Of a stretch of 64,000 nucleotides of DNA, positions 37,846-51,308 are shown piece by piece. Source of the DNA: Calcarisporiella thermophila CBS 279.70. Taxonomy: Eukaryota > Fungi > Calcarisporiellomycota. Every line of letters begins with the position of its first letter. Within the stretch, counting starts at the first letter, position 1. The stretch spans positions 612,545 to 676,544 of the forward strand of contig NW_027192194.1 in the NCBI RefSeq assembly GCF_041956535.1, in the 5' to 3' direction. The position numbers were made by a program, and so were the translations under genes. A model generated the notes under the pieces. The model worked only from the letters and a program-made list of their open reading frames with translations. It was not told the DNA's origin and made no database searches.

Positions 37846-37886
37846 TTGTTGTTGTTTGTTTTGTTGTTGTTGTTGTTGTTGTTGTT
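37846..37886 (+). repeat. Imperfect (GTT)n microsatellite upstream of the Grainyhead-like gene
   Basis: Direct read: ttgttgttgtttgttttgttgttgttgttgttgttgttgtt. Confidence 0.85.
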
Positions 37887-38261
37887 TGTGTTTTTTTTTT
37901 CGTGCGATTGTTCTGGGAACGGAGCCCAGTCAGAGCCAGCGTTTGCGCAGCGCCATTTGGGTGCAAAAGGGGACAGAGGCCGTGCAATATATATTGCACC
38001 ACGTTTCTTCGCCCTCTCCCGCTCCCCCTTCCTCCCCCCTCCTCGCCCCTGCCTCCAAACCGGTTGCGTGCTTGCCTGGCATCGCCCCGCTCCCAGCGCC
38101 GTCTCGCTTCCCCGCATTTCTCGTCCCCCTCGTTTTAGCATTTTTAATTATCGCCGCATCCCCTGTATTTCTACACCCCGCATTGTTGGTGAGTCGCCGC
38201 CCCCTCTCCCCGCGCCCCCCGCACCCGTGCTAACGCCCATAGCCTCCTCTTCTCTAGCATT

Positions 38262-39970
38262 ATGAATCTCTCGCCCGAACACACCGTCGCTCCCCAGCAA
38301 TACTTCGCCCATGTGCAATATGGCGGCTACGCCCACTCCAGAATGGAAGAGTCAGTGCCTCCCCCCCCCCCCCATCCCGGATGAGCCATTTGCAATGCTC
38401 ACCATTTGCCCCTCCATTGTAGACAGTACATCTCGGAAGTGGTCAAGAGCGAATACGGCATAGAGCACCCGCTCCTAGAACACATGTACACCTCTGCATA
38501 TAACCTCTCGCCCAGCGCCTTTGCCGGCAGCCCCACCCCAAGCAGCCTGCATTCCGTGCCCCCCGACTCCCCCCACGCCGAGCCCCTCTCCCAGCCCTCG
38601 TCCAAGTCGCAGTGCGAGCAGTCGCACCCGCAGGAGATCGTGGTCAGCCAGGTGCCCAGCACCCCGCGCTATGTCGTGTGCCTCGACGCCCGCACCGCCA
38701 TAACCCGCGTCGACGAGTGCCCCCTCACCTATCTCAACAAGATGCAGCACTACTCGCTGTTCCTCAACAGCAACGAGTACTTCACAGAGGACATCACGTG
38801 CACCATTCGCCTGATGTTCCACGACGCAAAGGACCAGGCAAAACATGCCACGCTCTGGAAATACTGGTGAGTTTGCCTTCCCTCCTCCCCCCCCCCCCCA
38901 TCTCTCTCCCCCACGCAACTACCGTGCATTCGCTGACCTGGCCTCTTTGCCTTCGATGCAGGCTGAAGCTGCAAAAGGGAAACCCCAATCCGCGCGTGAT
39001 TGAAATCGACCGGGCCTCCGCGTTGAACGTGAAAAACTTCGTGCAAACCGGGTTCGACCGCGTGCAGTTCCAGTGGAACGCGCAGCACGGGGCGCGCATG
39101 CAGCTGCGCTTCAACTGCCTCTCCACCGACTTCTCCATGATCAAGGGGATCAAGGGCATTCCTTTGCGCATCCATGTGGAGAACCGCGTTGAAGGCGCCC
39201 CGCACACCGTCGAGAGCGGCTACTGCCGAGTGAAGCTCTTCAGGGACAAGGGGGCCGAGCGGAAATACAAGGACGACCTCAACCAGATCAAGAAGCAAAT
39301 GGCCAAGATGAAAGGCAAGTATTGCATCCCATCCTCCCCCTCTGTTGGTCGCTTGTTCGCTGACACTCGCCTCCCCCCCCCCCTCCTCCTCCATCGAATA
39401 GAAGCTGACGCCGCATGCCCCATTGCGTCTTATCTTGGCGAGCAGCAGACCTTCTTCTCCGTCTATCCGCGTGACGAGTGCGATGTCCCAGAGGATGACG
39501 CCCCCCTCGACTTGGCCAAGCTGACCCGGACCCTCGAGTCGGAATCGGACTCGGATAGCGATTCAAGCAACGACCAAGCTCCCGCTCTCCCCGCGACTCG
39601 TCGGCGGCAAAGGTCGCCCTCAGAAGAGGAGCCCCTGGACTACGATCCAGACTATGTGCCCCCAACTCGGGCCAAGAGAAGAAGGCTCCTCTGCCTCCTG
39701 ATCCGCGGTATGCATGACACGCAGCACCGCGCCATCTATCTAAATCAGTTGACCCTGGAGGACCTTATCAGCAAGATCGCGGAGAAGATGAGCTTCGAGG
39801 CCTCCCAAGTTGGCGAGGTGTTGAGATACACCTCGCGCGGGATGGTCGTGCGCGTGGACGACGGCATGATCTCTCAGATGGAGGAGGAGACGCCCATCAT
39901 GGTGGAGTTGGTCCATCCTTCCGATGGGGACGTGGCGCCCCAGAATTGTACGCTGGCGTTGCACTTTTAA
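38262..39970 (+). CDS. Grainyhead/CP2-family transcription factor; 4 coding exons
   Basis: PLTYLNKMQHY, FNCLSTDFS.IKGIKGIPLRI, YCRVKLFRDKGAERK.KDD and a C-terminal ubiquitin-like segment RAIYLNQLTLEDLISKIAEK. Confidence 0.92.
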
Positions 39971-40571
39971 AACAAGTAGGAGAGGAGCTCAGGGGAGGAG
40001 AGAGGTTAGCAGTGGGAGCCATCACACATGCATAAACACAAACGTGGAAGATATCTTTTTTTTTATTGTGTAGATACCACAAGTGAATGTTCTTTTTTAG
40101 GTTGTGCTAGGGAGAAAGAGGGCAAAGGATTTTTCTTTTACGACATGAATTCACATTGTATTATAATGACAAGTACTATTAATCTCTTTTCTTTTTCTTT
40201 TCTTTTTCTCACAAAGCTGGAAAAATTCGATGTTTATTGTAAGTTTTTAGGGCATCTCAGTCGTTTTTGCTTCATTTCTTTTTTTTTTTTTGCATTCATG
40301 TGCGCGTTAGTGTGATCTAGTAGTGTTCAAAAGTACAGAATTTAATTGTCATAATGAACAAAATAAAACTCATAATTCAACCTTCTATGGGCCGGAAGGG
40401 GGGGAGAGGGATCGGGAGAGAAAACATCATAGAAATTATTAAAGGGCAAGAATCGAAAGGAGGGAGGGGTTGGTGGTGGCAAATTTGATTACATTAGTGA
40501 CGTCTCTTCGACCTCGTAGCGGAGGTCATGAACATGCTTGATCGCCATTAATTCGAATCCCATCGACTCAA

Positions 40572-43029
40572 TGATAAATTGGCGCGCGCTCATCCTCCTC
40601 GTGGTGGGGGTTCTTTTCGCTCTTGGTATTATCCATGTTCTCCATTACCCATATCCTTATGCCGAACGGGTCGATGATATTGAGGTAGCTGGCAGATCGA
40701 AGCTAAAATACGGAGACGCTAGCCGCATAGTACTCGCAACAGCAGGTGACGAAGTTTTCGCAGTGATGTTTGAAGAAAGGACTGAAGATAAGAACCAGGG
40801 TACTGGATTGTGAAATTACCACGTCCCTTTGAAATCGCTTGTTTCTCATCTGCCATCTTATAGGGATCGTGCGCATTGTGAAAAGACCATTAATACCTGC
40901 CACTTCTGAATCGACCGAGAAAAACGAAAAAGGTGAGGACCTTACAATTCTTTCGATGCTAGGCTACATCGCCTCCAATATCCTTTTTTTTTTAAAGGCT
41001 ATGAATGGAGCGATGTTTTAACTCATTATCTCGAAGGGGCTATATCCCACACCAGCTACTTGGATGGCGATGAAAATACTCCCACTCGGATAGCCGTGCT
41101 ATTCCATGTGGTTGAAGATGAAGATATTGCTTTCTATATTCGCCTTTATTCCATAACAATAACATCATCTGGAGAAGCCAAAGGTATCGATTTGCTATTC
41201 AAACATCTAAATCGGGGTCTAATACATTTCTTTGCGGGTTGGCCCAGTATATTGGCACCATCTTCAGCTGCCGGGCTCGACCTCCATATCCCATCTCTAT
41301 TTAGGTGGCAAGGCAATTTATTATTCAAGGTATCACTCAGAGCCCATACCTCCGCTCCACAAGAAAGTTTCCGACTCTTGTCTGCTAACCATTTCATCTT
41401 TCTCAGAAAACCAGACGACTTTTGGTTTAGGTCGATTCGGCTTCCTCCTTTAGAGCCTCATGCTGAACCAGAGGAACACCAGACCGTAATAAAGTTGGGA
41501 AGTGGAGAAAAGGGATGGAGAGGTTAGGCATTTTTCTTTTTGAGACTTAATGGCGATAGTTTGGAGAGGGATGATTAACAACGCTCCCTGTCGCTTGTGT
41601 AGGGAATGTGGATAACGTACTTCAATACCAGTATGCCGAGCTCTGCAGTGTGTGAGTTTATGGTCATACTTTATGTGTGGTAGCATCGCTAATTTCCAGA
41701 GGGTGATTGTATTTGTAGGGAAAATGAGGCCAGACTGGTTTTTGCTATGACGGTAGAGGACAAAGACGCTATGATATATGCAGTTATCAACGTTAACAAT
41801 AAGTCAGACATGTGGAGGCCTGAAAAACCTATTGTACAGGTCTGTTCACAAACTAACTTCAATCGGGAATTCTATTGATTTATTCTTTTTTTCTTTCACT
41901 GAGGATAGCTGGTACCTCAACTCAGCAAATCATTGGATCCTTATGGTGAATATGCGAATTCTGATATACCAACAGACGACCTCGCCCCCAAACCTATTAT
42001 AGGTACGTTTTCCACTCTTCTATGGCCGATTTTTGTCAACCTCTCCTCCATCTTTTCCCTCTCCTGTTCTCAATAATAGTTGGCACCCTCAGCGCCAGCA
42101 CAGTTGCCATCCCGCTCATCAATGTAATCTTAACTTTCGACTGCATCAAAGACGTCGACACTCCCAAGCGTGCTGAAGCCTCCATCCCACCTCTGCAGGA
42201 TGGCTCGTTGGATAAAATCGTAGACGTGGCCCTGGAGCAAAATGGCGGGATCCTCGCTGCGCGAACAGGCGACGATTGGATGGTGATCTTCCGTAAGCAA
42301 CTGGTGGCTACAGGGAAAATGGGCGCCAGAAGTGGGGAGGGAGGGATCGGGTGGGAATTGGCAGCCGTGGTACAGCCAGAAAATGGCTTCCTCGTGGAAT
42401 CCAATGTAATATAAATTGCTCCTCATTACTTCTTCTCTTTCCTCTTGCTTACGCATTGGGATGATTTTGATTGGACTAAACTGCATTGATCTAATTTACG
42501 CTCTATCTCATCTGCAGCGCATTATGGCAACCAAGGTTGTGGAGGCTCAGATTGCACCCGAAGCTAAAGCACTCTATTTATGTAAGATTAATTTTCCCCC
42601 CGCCTTTATTTCCTTTTTTTTATTCTCGCATGCGTTATCTTGCCTCCTTTCTTCATTAACCCTGTTTGCACCGACCCTTCTCCTTAGTGATCCTCTATTC
42701 AGACGGCTCGCTGGCCTACTTCGACCTCCTTAAACCCCGCCAGGATTCGTTTCTCTGGCAGCTCATCCGGACCAAAGCCCACCTCTTGCTGGCCTTGCTC
42801 GTGGTGGTGATCACCTTTGTGATGAATGAGATGCGGCGGTAGTTTTTTTTATTTTTTATTTATTCTTTCAAATCTGGTAGATGCTCTATCCCATCCACTT
42901 CGGACTAAACCTTTTTCTACTAAATTATTTTATGCTTCTGCCTATCACTCTTTTTCTCTATATCCAGTTTTAATATTAATAATACGGGTCTTCCTGCATT
43001 CACCCATGACGTGGCTTGACGACAGATGA
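40572..43029 (+). CDS. Hypothetical multi-exon protein with N-terminal TM/signal, beta-rich lumenal region and C-terminal TM
   Basis: A chain of short + strand ORFs flanked by GT/AG signals. N-terminus MINWRALILLVVGVLFALGII; C-terminal LLALLVVVITFVMNE. Exon chain only partly resolved. Confidence 0.55.
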
Positions 43030-43262
43030 TGAAAAAAATAAAACTTTTTTCCAGTGCAATAGAGAAACAAGATATTTTGGGTTTATTAAGTCGACATGGT
43101 ATGATTAAAAAGAGAAAAATCTTTATAAAATTGAACAGTGGTACAACAGATAAACTATAAAAAAAAAAGAGGTGAACACATAGAGGTAAAAGGCGGGAGT
43201 AAAATAAAAAGCAATCCAAATGAATAAAAAAAATAATAATTAAATGCAGAATGCGGTGAACT

Positions 43263-45096
<1,834 letters not shown>

Positions 45097-45591
45097 TTAC
45101 CTTGGCAGACGAAGAATAGAGAATAGGAGAAGAAGCAAGAAAATGAAAGGTGAGGGGAGAAGGAAGGAGAATGGATCGAATCGTTTGGAATAAAATGTGC
45201 AAGACCAAAGGATTTCTAATGTCTCCAAGGAAGTATAGAGTAATCCAACGATTAAGTTAAGGATAGGGAGAATAAATAAGATCAGATCGAAGAAGGTGAG
45301 AGGGGGGGGGGGGGAGGATAATCAGCAACGATGAATTTATCGTTCTATGAAATGAATCTCCTTGTGGTAGCAATATACCAGAAAGCTAGAGCCGGTGAAA
45401 AAAACATAAGGGGCGCAGCAAGAATTTATACCGAGATGTGGCTTATATTTAATATGGATGTTCTGATAAAAACATTAATATAGATATTATTGGAGATAAC
45501 GTTAAAATAAGACAAGGTATATATCGCATTCGCTTTTCAATCTCCCCGCCAGAGAGAGTTAGTAAGCAAGAGAAGACAGACTCAATCCGCC

Positions 45592-46119
45592 TCAGGCAGT
45601 TGCACGCATGGGCTCCTTCACCATCTCTCCCTTTTCTGCCGAGGAGCTTACCCTCTCGAGAAAGCCTCTCAAGTCGCCCTCCTCCCGCAATAAATCCGTC
45701 CACTCGATGAACCGCGAGTGGATAAATACGTTTGGCAAAACGTTGGCTCCTGTCATTTGGCGAAGCTGAGCCTCAATCTCAGCCCGCGAGTCCTCTAAAA
45801 AATAAAGCAAGGAGAGAGATAGAGAGATAGCAGTGAGATACTTCTCCTTATTTCTGACACAAAGACAGGTAATACCTTCATCGACATCGAGCAAAGTATA
45901 GCGGATGTTGTGCTTGTTGAACAGGTCCTTCACGTATATGGAGTAGGGGCAGTAGGATTTGCCAAAAATCTAAAAAAAAAAAAAAATGCACAAGCATTAC
46001 AATGTAAGATAAAGGTTTCGGATAAGCATGGTGCGGTCTGGAGAAAGGAGCCTGATTGAACTCACCGTGACATCGGACGCAAGTTTCTTGCGGATCAGTT
46101 CACGGATGGCAGAAGCCAT
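45592..46119 (-). CDS. Glutaredoxin-like protein with CPYS active-site motif; 3 exons
   Basis: MASAIRELIRKKLASDVT|IFGKSYCPYS...LDVDE|...LRQMTGANVLPNVFI. Confidence 0.82.
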
Positions 46120-46469
46120 GATGAACAAAAAAGCTTTGGGGAATTGCGAAGCGAGAGAGAGAAAACAACTGACAGCGAGGGAAAAAAAAAAAATAGTAAC
46201 GAAAAAAATTTTTGTACCACTAAGGGTTTGAATGCTTCCACTGAGCATTTGTCTTGCTCCAATTTTTGGGTCAACCAAGTCGAATATATATATTAATAAA
46301 AAAGTGAATTCTAACACAAAAGAATAGCTGTATAAAAACTCAAAGAAGACCATGGAAACCTTTCCATATCACTATTCCCTCTCATTTTATATAGAAATTC
46401 TTTTATTTTTAAATGTACTCCTCCGGGCGCGCTTCATCAAATCGCTGTATCAAAAAGTGTCCGTTTGAT

Positions 46470-48014
46470 TTAAAGGTGGTTGCCAGAGATGAAGAACCAC
46501 TTATCAATTGAAGGGTCGATGGGAGCAGCCGGCTTCTTTTGCTCCTAGTGGAGGCAAACATGCTCAGTACATGCGCTTTGAACTCAATCAATGGACTATA
46601 TGGCACTTACCTGAGGAATGCGTTTGACGACCTCATCGTCTGCTGCCACCTTGTATGGGCTGTTCTCGACGGACACATTCGAGCTGTTTCAAAAAAGAGT
46701 GAAGAGTATAAGTCTCAAGCAAGGAGGAATCGCGGTGAACGCAAGCAGAATAGGGAGAGTACATACACTTGGATGTCGTATTTCTCGGCCTTGGGGGGGA
46801 TCGCGCCCGTAATCAGGCGTTTCCACGCCTCGTAACATTCATTGATCACGTCGAGGGCGTATTTCTGTAGGCGGCGAAGTATAGATTAGCAGGGCTCCCT
46901 CGGGCATAGGGTTAGAAACGCATTACCTTGTTCTTAGCCTCGCCGCTGAAAGCAAACTGATTCTCGGGCTTGCCATCGGGGATCTTGTAAATGCGGAACC
47001 ATTCGTTCGTGGCGCGAATCAGTCCAGGGAGGTGGCGCTCAACATCCTCGATGTCTATAGAATCATGGGTTAATATGCGCAAATCAGAGCCACACATGGA
47101 AGAGATGATGGCTACCATTGAGCTTGTTTGCAAGTGGGTCGTTGACATCAATCACGATCACCTTCCAGTCGGTTTCACCTGTAAGATCAAACGGAGCGCA
47201 TTAGATTGTATGTGCATTACAACACTCAAACGCGCATGGGCTAACCTTCATCCAGCAGAGCCATAACTCCAAGCACCTTGACCTTCTTAATCTGCCCAGT
47301 ATATCCAACTTGTTCACCAATTTCGCACACATCGAGGGGATCGTTATCACCGCGGGCCTTGGTTTCGGCATGAATATGGGTAGGGTCTTCCCAAGTCTAT
47401 GCCGCCGAATGCAGAGCAAGAGCGAATTAAGTATGTATACCCCCAACTGTAGACCATACACATTGAAATTATACCTGAGGGAATGCTCCGTAGTTCCAGA
47501 TATATCCGTGGTGAGGGAAGCAGTTGCGGACATAGCGAAGCTTGCCTTTCTTGATATCCTGCTTGATAGGGTTGAAAGGCTCGTCCTTCGAGATCTGCGT
47601 ACCGATAAATGGCGGAATGAGATTAAATGAATGAAAACAATTCATCATCATCATGATTTTACCTCAAGCTTGGCATTGGACCAGCGGGGAATCTCAACAA
47701 TCATGTTGAAGATATTCTTCTCCTTGTCAGCATACAAAGGGATATCGTGGAACGGAGAAACGGGGGTACCATTCTTTTCTAAAGTTATAAATGCATCGAA
47801 TGTAAATTAATCAATTCAGTGAGGCTAATTAGAATCATCGTTCTAATACATTACCCAAGTAGACACGGTGCTCTATGGTGTTGGCGGCACCAACTAGACG
47901 TGGTTTGAATTCAGACATTGTTCGGTGAATAAGTGATGAGCTTGCGCGCGAGAGGGAAACACGTGAAGCGAATAAAGAAGTACGAGATGATGGTGCAAGA
48001 ACCGAGGTTAACAT
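46470..48014 (-). CDS. IPP1: Family I inorganic pyrophosphatase with in-frame N-terminal extension; multi-exon
   Basis: [42 protein letters not shown]|[24 protein letters not shown] and [14 protein letters not shown]. Second ATG at 47918. Confidence 0.96.
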
Positions 48015-48178
48015 CAATCCAAAACGCAGGCCCTGATTTATTATTGAAGCAACAAATTTTGTAATCAGTTCGGTACGGGTAACTGCTGCGCCTTGATTAA
48101 GCAATTTCGCTCAAGGCAAAAAAAAAACATATTTGGATCGCTTCCATAAGCGTGGATGAAAGCAAACATCGCTGCTCG

Positions 48179-49312
48179 ATGACAGATTCAAAATCAAGAG
48201 ACGATTCAAACGCGACCAATGAGCCGGGCAACGCGGAGACTAAAATCAAGAAAAAGTTCGTCGTTGGAGATGACGACGATAGCGAGGCAACTCCCGAACA
48301 ACCAATGAGCCGTCCCATGCATAGTGAGAGCAACCCCCGTGGCAGCACTAAACAACGCACATCTTCTCCCCCCTCTCCCTCCTCCACGGTGTCATCTGTA
48401 TCCTATTCAGAACACCTCTCACGACGATCACAGCCGACTCTTCCGGCAAGGACGCTGGATTCCGCAATGTCTGTGGACGGTTTCGAAGTATCCCAACTGG
48501 AGCACGTTAATGGTTCGCTTGCCGAAGGAGAAAGAAAAAAATCGGAGGCCCAGGATGATACCAAGCAACAACAGCAGCAGCAGCAAAATCAGCTGGGGGG
48601 AACTCAGCAGGCAGAAGGCCAGGAACAATCGACAGAAGAAAAATCATTACAAAGAGCAGCAAAAGAACAGCAAGATGCCCACGCGGGCAAGGAGCCAGCT
48701 CATCGCACTTTGGTCGGAATCGCCAAACGTCCCAACATTACCCGTCAGAGCTCAGAACCTGTGCCACAAGCGTACCAAGCGTGGAATATTTCACGCACGA
48801 ATGCAAATCGCAAACCCACCAAATCGCATCGTCATCCAATTCGGCCCGACCCTGCCCACCAAAGAAACACCGCATCCTCTACCACTAACTCCGGCGGCCC
48901 AGCTGCCGACACACAAGGCTCTGATCCTACCTCACATAACGCAGGCGACACAGCAACGCCTGCCAATTCTCACCAGCAAGCGCAGAATCTGGTGAGCACC
49001 CCCTCCCAAGAAGATTTCAAACGTGAGCCGTCTCGAACCCCTTCGCCCTCTCGTGTTCCAGATGCACAATCCGGGATGTCCCGTACCCAACAGAAGCTGC
49101 TGTTACAGCGGCAGCATGTTCTTGCGGAAGACCCAAATCATCTAGCTCACCCGCGCAACCAGCGCCTACTTACAAAGGAGATGGAGCGCTTGAATCGTGA
49201 GTACGCATGTTTGCGCCGCTTTGAAGACCCATTGCTCGAGTCTTTACAACGGTGCTTTGCCAGAAAACAGCAGCCTAATGTGTCCCATCAAGTGTCTTCA
49301 AGAACCTTATGA
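48179..49312 (+). CDS. TCO89: Tco89-like (TORC1-associated) disordered protein
   Basis: C-terminal SRTQQKLLLQR...EMERLNREY..LRRFEDPLLESLQR matches the recalled conserved Tco89 block. The rest is low complexity with poly-Q. Confidence 0.65.
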   Translation: MTDSKSRDDSNATNEPGNAETKIKKKFVVGDDDDSEATPEQPMSRPMHSESNPRGSTKQRTSSPPSPSSTVSSVSYSEHLSRRSQPTLPARTLDSAMSVDGFEVSQLEHVNGSLAEGERKKSEAQDDTKQQQQQQQNQLGGTQQAEGQEQSTEEKSLQRAAKEQQDAHAGKEPAHRTLVGIAKRPNITRQSSEPVPQAYQAWNISRTNANRKPTKSHRHPIRPDPAHQRNTASSTTNSGGPAADTQGSDPTSHNAGDTATPANSHQQAQNLVSTPSQEDFKREPSRTPSPSRVPDAQSGMSRTQQKLLLQRQHVLAEDPNHLAHPRNQRLLTKEMERLNREYACLRRFEDPLLESLQRCFARKQQPNVSHQVSSRTL

Positions 49313-49840
49313 AAAGGCGCCCCCCTTCTCTATTATTTTTGTCTTAACCCCTACTAATTGTAATAATTCTTTTCCGCTTTTTCTGTATTAAAGGATGGAT
49401 GTCTATCTAATTATTTCAACCGTGATTTTTATTGCCACCCCTCTTTTCTTTTCCGCCCTCTCCCACCTGTATCATTAGAATGTTTGTGTTATACTCCCGC
49501 TGCCAACGCAAAAGGATCTCGAATTCTTTTTGTGGTGCAGGGAATAAAGAAATACTTTTGAACGATATTTCATTCAAAAATCAACCAGCCAATACATCCA
49601 TTGCAAAAACAAATAAAAAATAAACAAAACATAGTGTCATTTTTTAAGAACCATAAAAATAGACATGGAATATAAAAGAAAAAATTGAATGAAGAGCTCT
49701 AATCTCCAAAGATAGAAAACAAAAGATATTTCTACAAATAGAAAAAGGAAAAGGAGAAGGGGAGGGGGGGGTGGGGAGGGTGGAGAGAAAATATTTGCTA
49801 AAGAAAGAGAAGATTAAAAGGACTTTGTATAAATGGTTGT

Positions 49841-50932
49841 TTAGCCAAGTATCTTCGCCAGCCCCTCCTTCTGGCTTTGGGTCAAATTCTTAGGGAATTT
49901 CACGTTATAGGTAACGATCAAATCTCCCTTGCGGCCTGTCTTGGAACTTGGCATACCTTCGCCACTGAGCCGCGTTTCCTGGCCAGGCTGCACCACCGAC
50001 GAGGAGGACACGGCCAAATTGCGTCCGTCGAGAGTCTCCAGCGTCCGTTTGAAACCGGTCAATGCCTCCAACAACGAAAGATCAAGAGTCACCCGTAGGT
50101 TGTCACCGTCGCGCTTGTATACTGAGTGAGGCTTCTCCTCAATCACAAACACAATATCCTGTACTTGCCCATTAGGAAGCTCGTCTCCTTCTCCGGCAAA
50201 ACGGATTTTAGTTCCCGCCTTCCACCCGGGCTTGATGTCGATGGTAAGCACTTTGTCCGTCTTGACCGGGCGCGCCGAAGCCCCATCTAGAATCTGCCGT
50301 GTGACCTTCAACCGGCGAGTCGCCCCTTTGTACAGCTCCTCGAGCGAGCAAGGCAGCGGCCGCTCTACCGACGGGGCCTTACTGGATCCACGCGAAGCTT
50401 GTGGCCGCCTGGCGCCACCCCCTGCGCCAAACATCCCTGGAAAACCGCCGGGCATACCTCCACCAAAATCGTCATCGTCCAAATCCATGCTCATTCCTCC
50501 CATTCCTCCCATTCCTCCTCCCATTCCACCCATACTACTCATCTTGAAAAATTGCCGGAAAATATCCTCAGCACTTGAGGGATGGAATCCTTGCCAGCCT
50601 CCGCCACCAGGCCCGCCCGTAGTAAACGTGAACGTTTCTCCGCCTGGGAAAAATCCGCGGCCAGGGAATCCGCCGCCACCAGCACCGCCGCCAGGGGGTA
50701 TCCCGCCCTTGAGACCCTCTTCCCCGAACTGATCGTATATCGTGCGCTTTTGTTTATCGCTTAATACTTCGAATGCTTCGCTAATGTCCTGAAACTTCTT
50801 CTTGGCTGCTTCCTGATTATCCTTGTGACGATCGGGATGCCATTTTAACGCTTGTTTGCGATAGGCTTTTTTGATTGCGTCTTCGTCTGCATCTCGTGGG
50901 ACTCCTAGGATCTGGTAATAGTCTTTACCCAT
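49841..50932 (-). CDS. SIS1: Class B J-domain co-chaperone (Sis1/DNAJB); intronless
   Basis: J domain with HPD (ALKWHPDRH), G/F and G/M regions, no zinc finger, C-terminal domain [15 protein letters not shown]. Confidence 0.95.
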   Translation of the reverse strand: MGKDYYQILGVPRDADEDAIKKAYRKQALKWHPDRHKDNQEAAKKKFQDISEAFEVLSDKQKRTIYDQFGEEGLKGGIPPGGGAGGGGFPGRGFFPGGETFTFTTGGPGGGGWQGFHPSSAEDIFRQFFKMSSMGGMGGGMGGMGGMSMDLDDDDFGGGMPGGFPGMFGAGGGARRPQASRGSSKAPSVERPLPCSLEELYKGATRRLKVTRQILDGASARPVKTDKVLTIDIKPGWKAGTKIRFAGEGDELPNGQVQDIVFVIEEKPHSVYKRDGDNLRVTLDLSLLEALTGFKRTLETLDGRNLAVSSSSVVQPGQETRLSGEGMPSSKTGRKGDLIVTYNVKFPKNLTQSQKEGLAKILG

Positions 50933-51193
50933 GTTTATCTATATATTAGTACGCCTAACTAGTTTCTGCTGTTGATTTTGTTTCGACGTGATAAAGAAAC
51001 GGTTGGTGAAAGGAAATGGCGATAACGGCGAGTTGTAAAAGCCAAAAAAAGAAAGAATTAAAACAAATGGTTCTAGAGGGAGGCAACTAATAAATAGTTT
51101 TGCCAATTAATGAAAATCAACTCTACGAGGAAAGAACTAAAATCGAACCGTGTGGAAGATAGGCATTAGAATGGCGTTGTGACTGTCTGCAAT

Positions 51194-51218
51194 AGAAGCT
51201 TTGAGAAACACCCAGAAT
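51194..51218. promoter_or_regulatory. Step-type heat-shock element upstream of SIS1
   Basis: GAA units at 51195, 51205 and 51215 are exactly 10 bp apart (aGAAgctttgaGAAacacccaGAAt), about 265 bp upstream of the SIS1 ATG. Confidence 0.6.
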
Positions 51219-51308
51219 ATAAAAAAAATATTCGATAATCCATTCCGACAACTCTATATTTCCTCATACTATACAACAAAGGGTAGCAAAAATTTATTAA
51301 ATGTTCTT

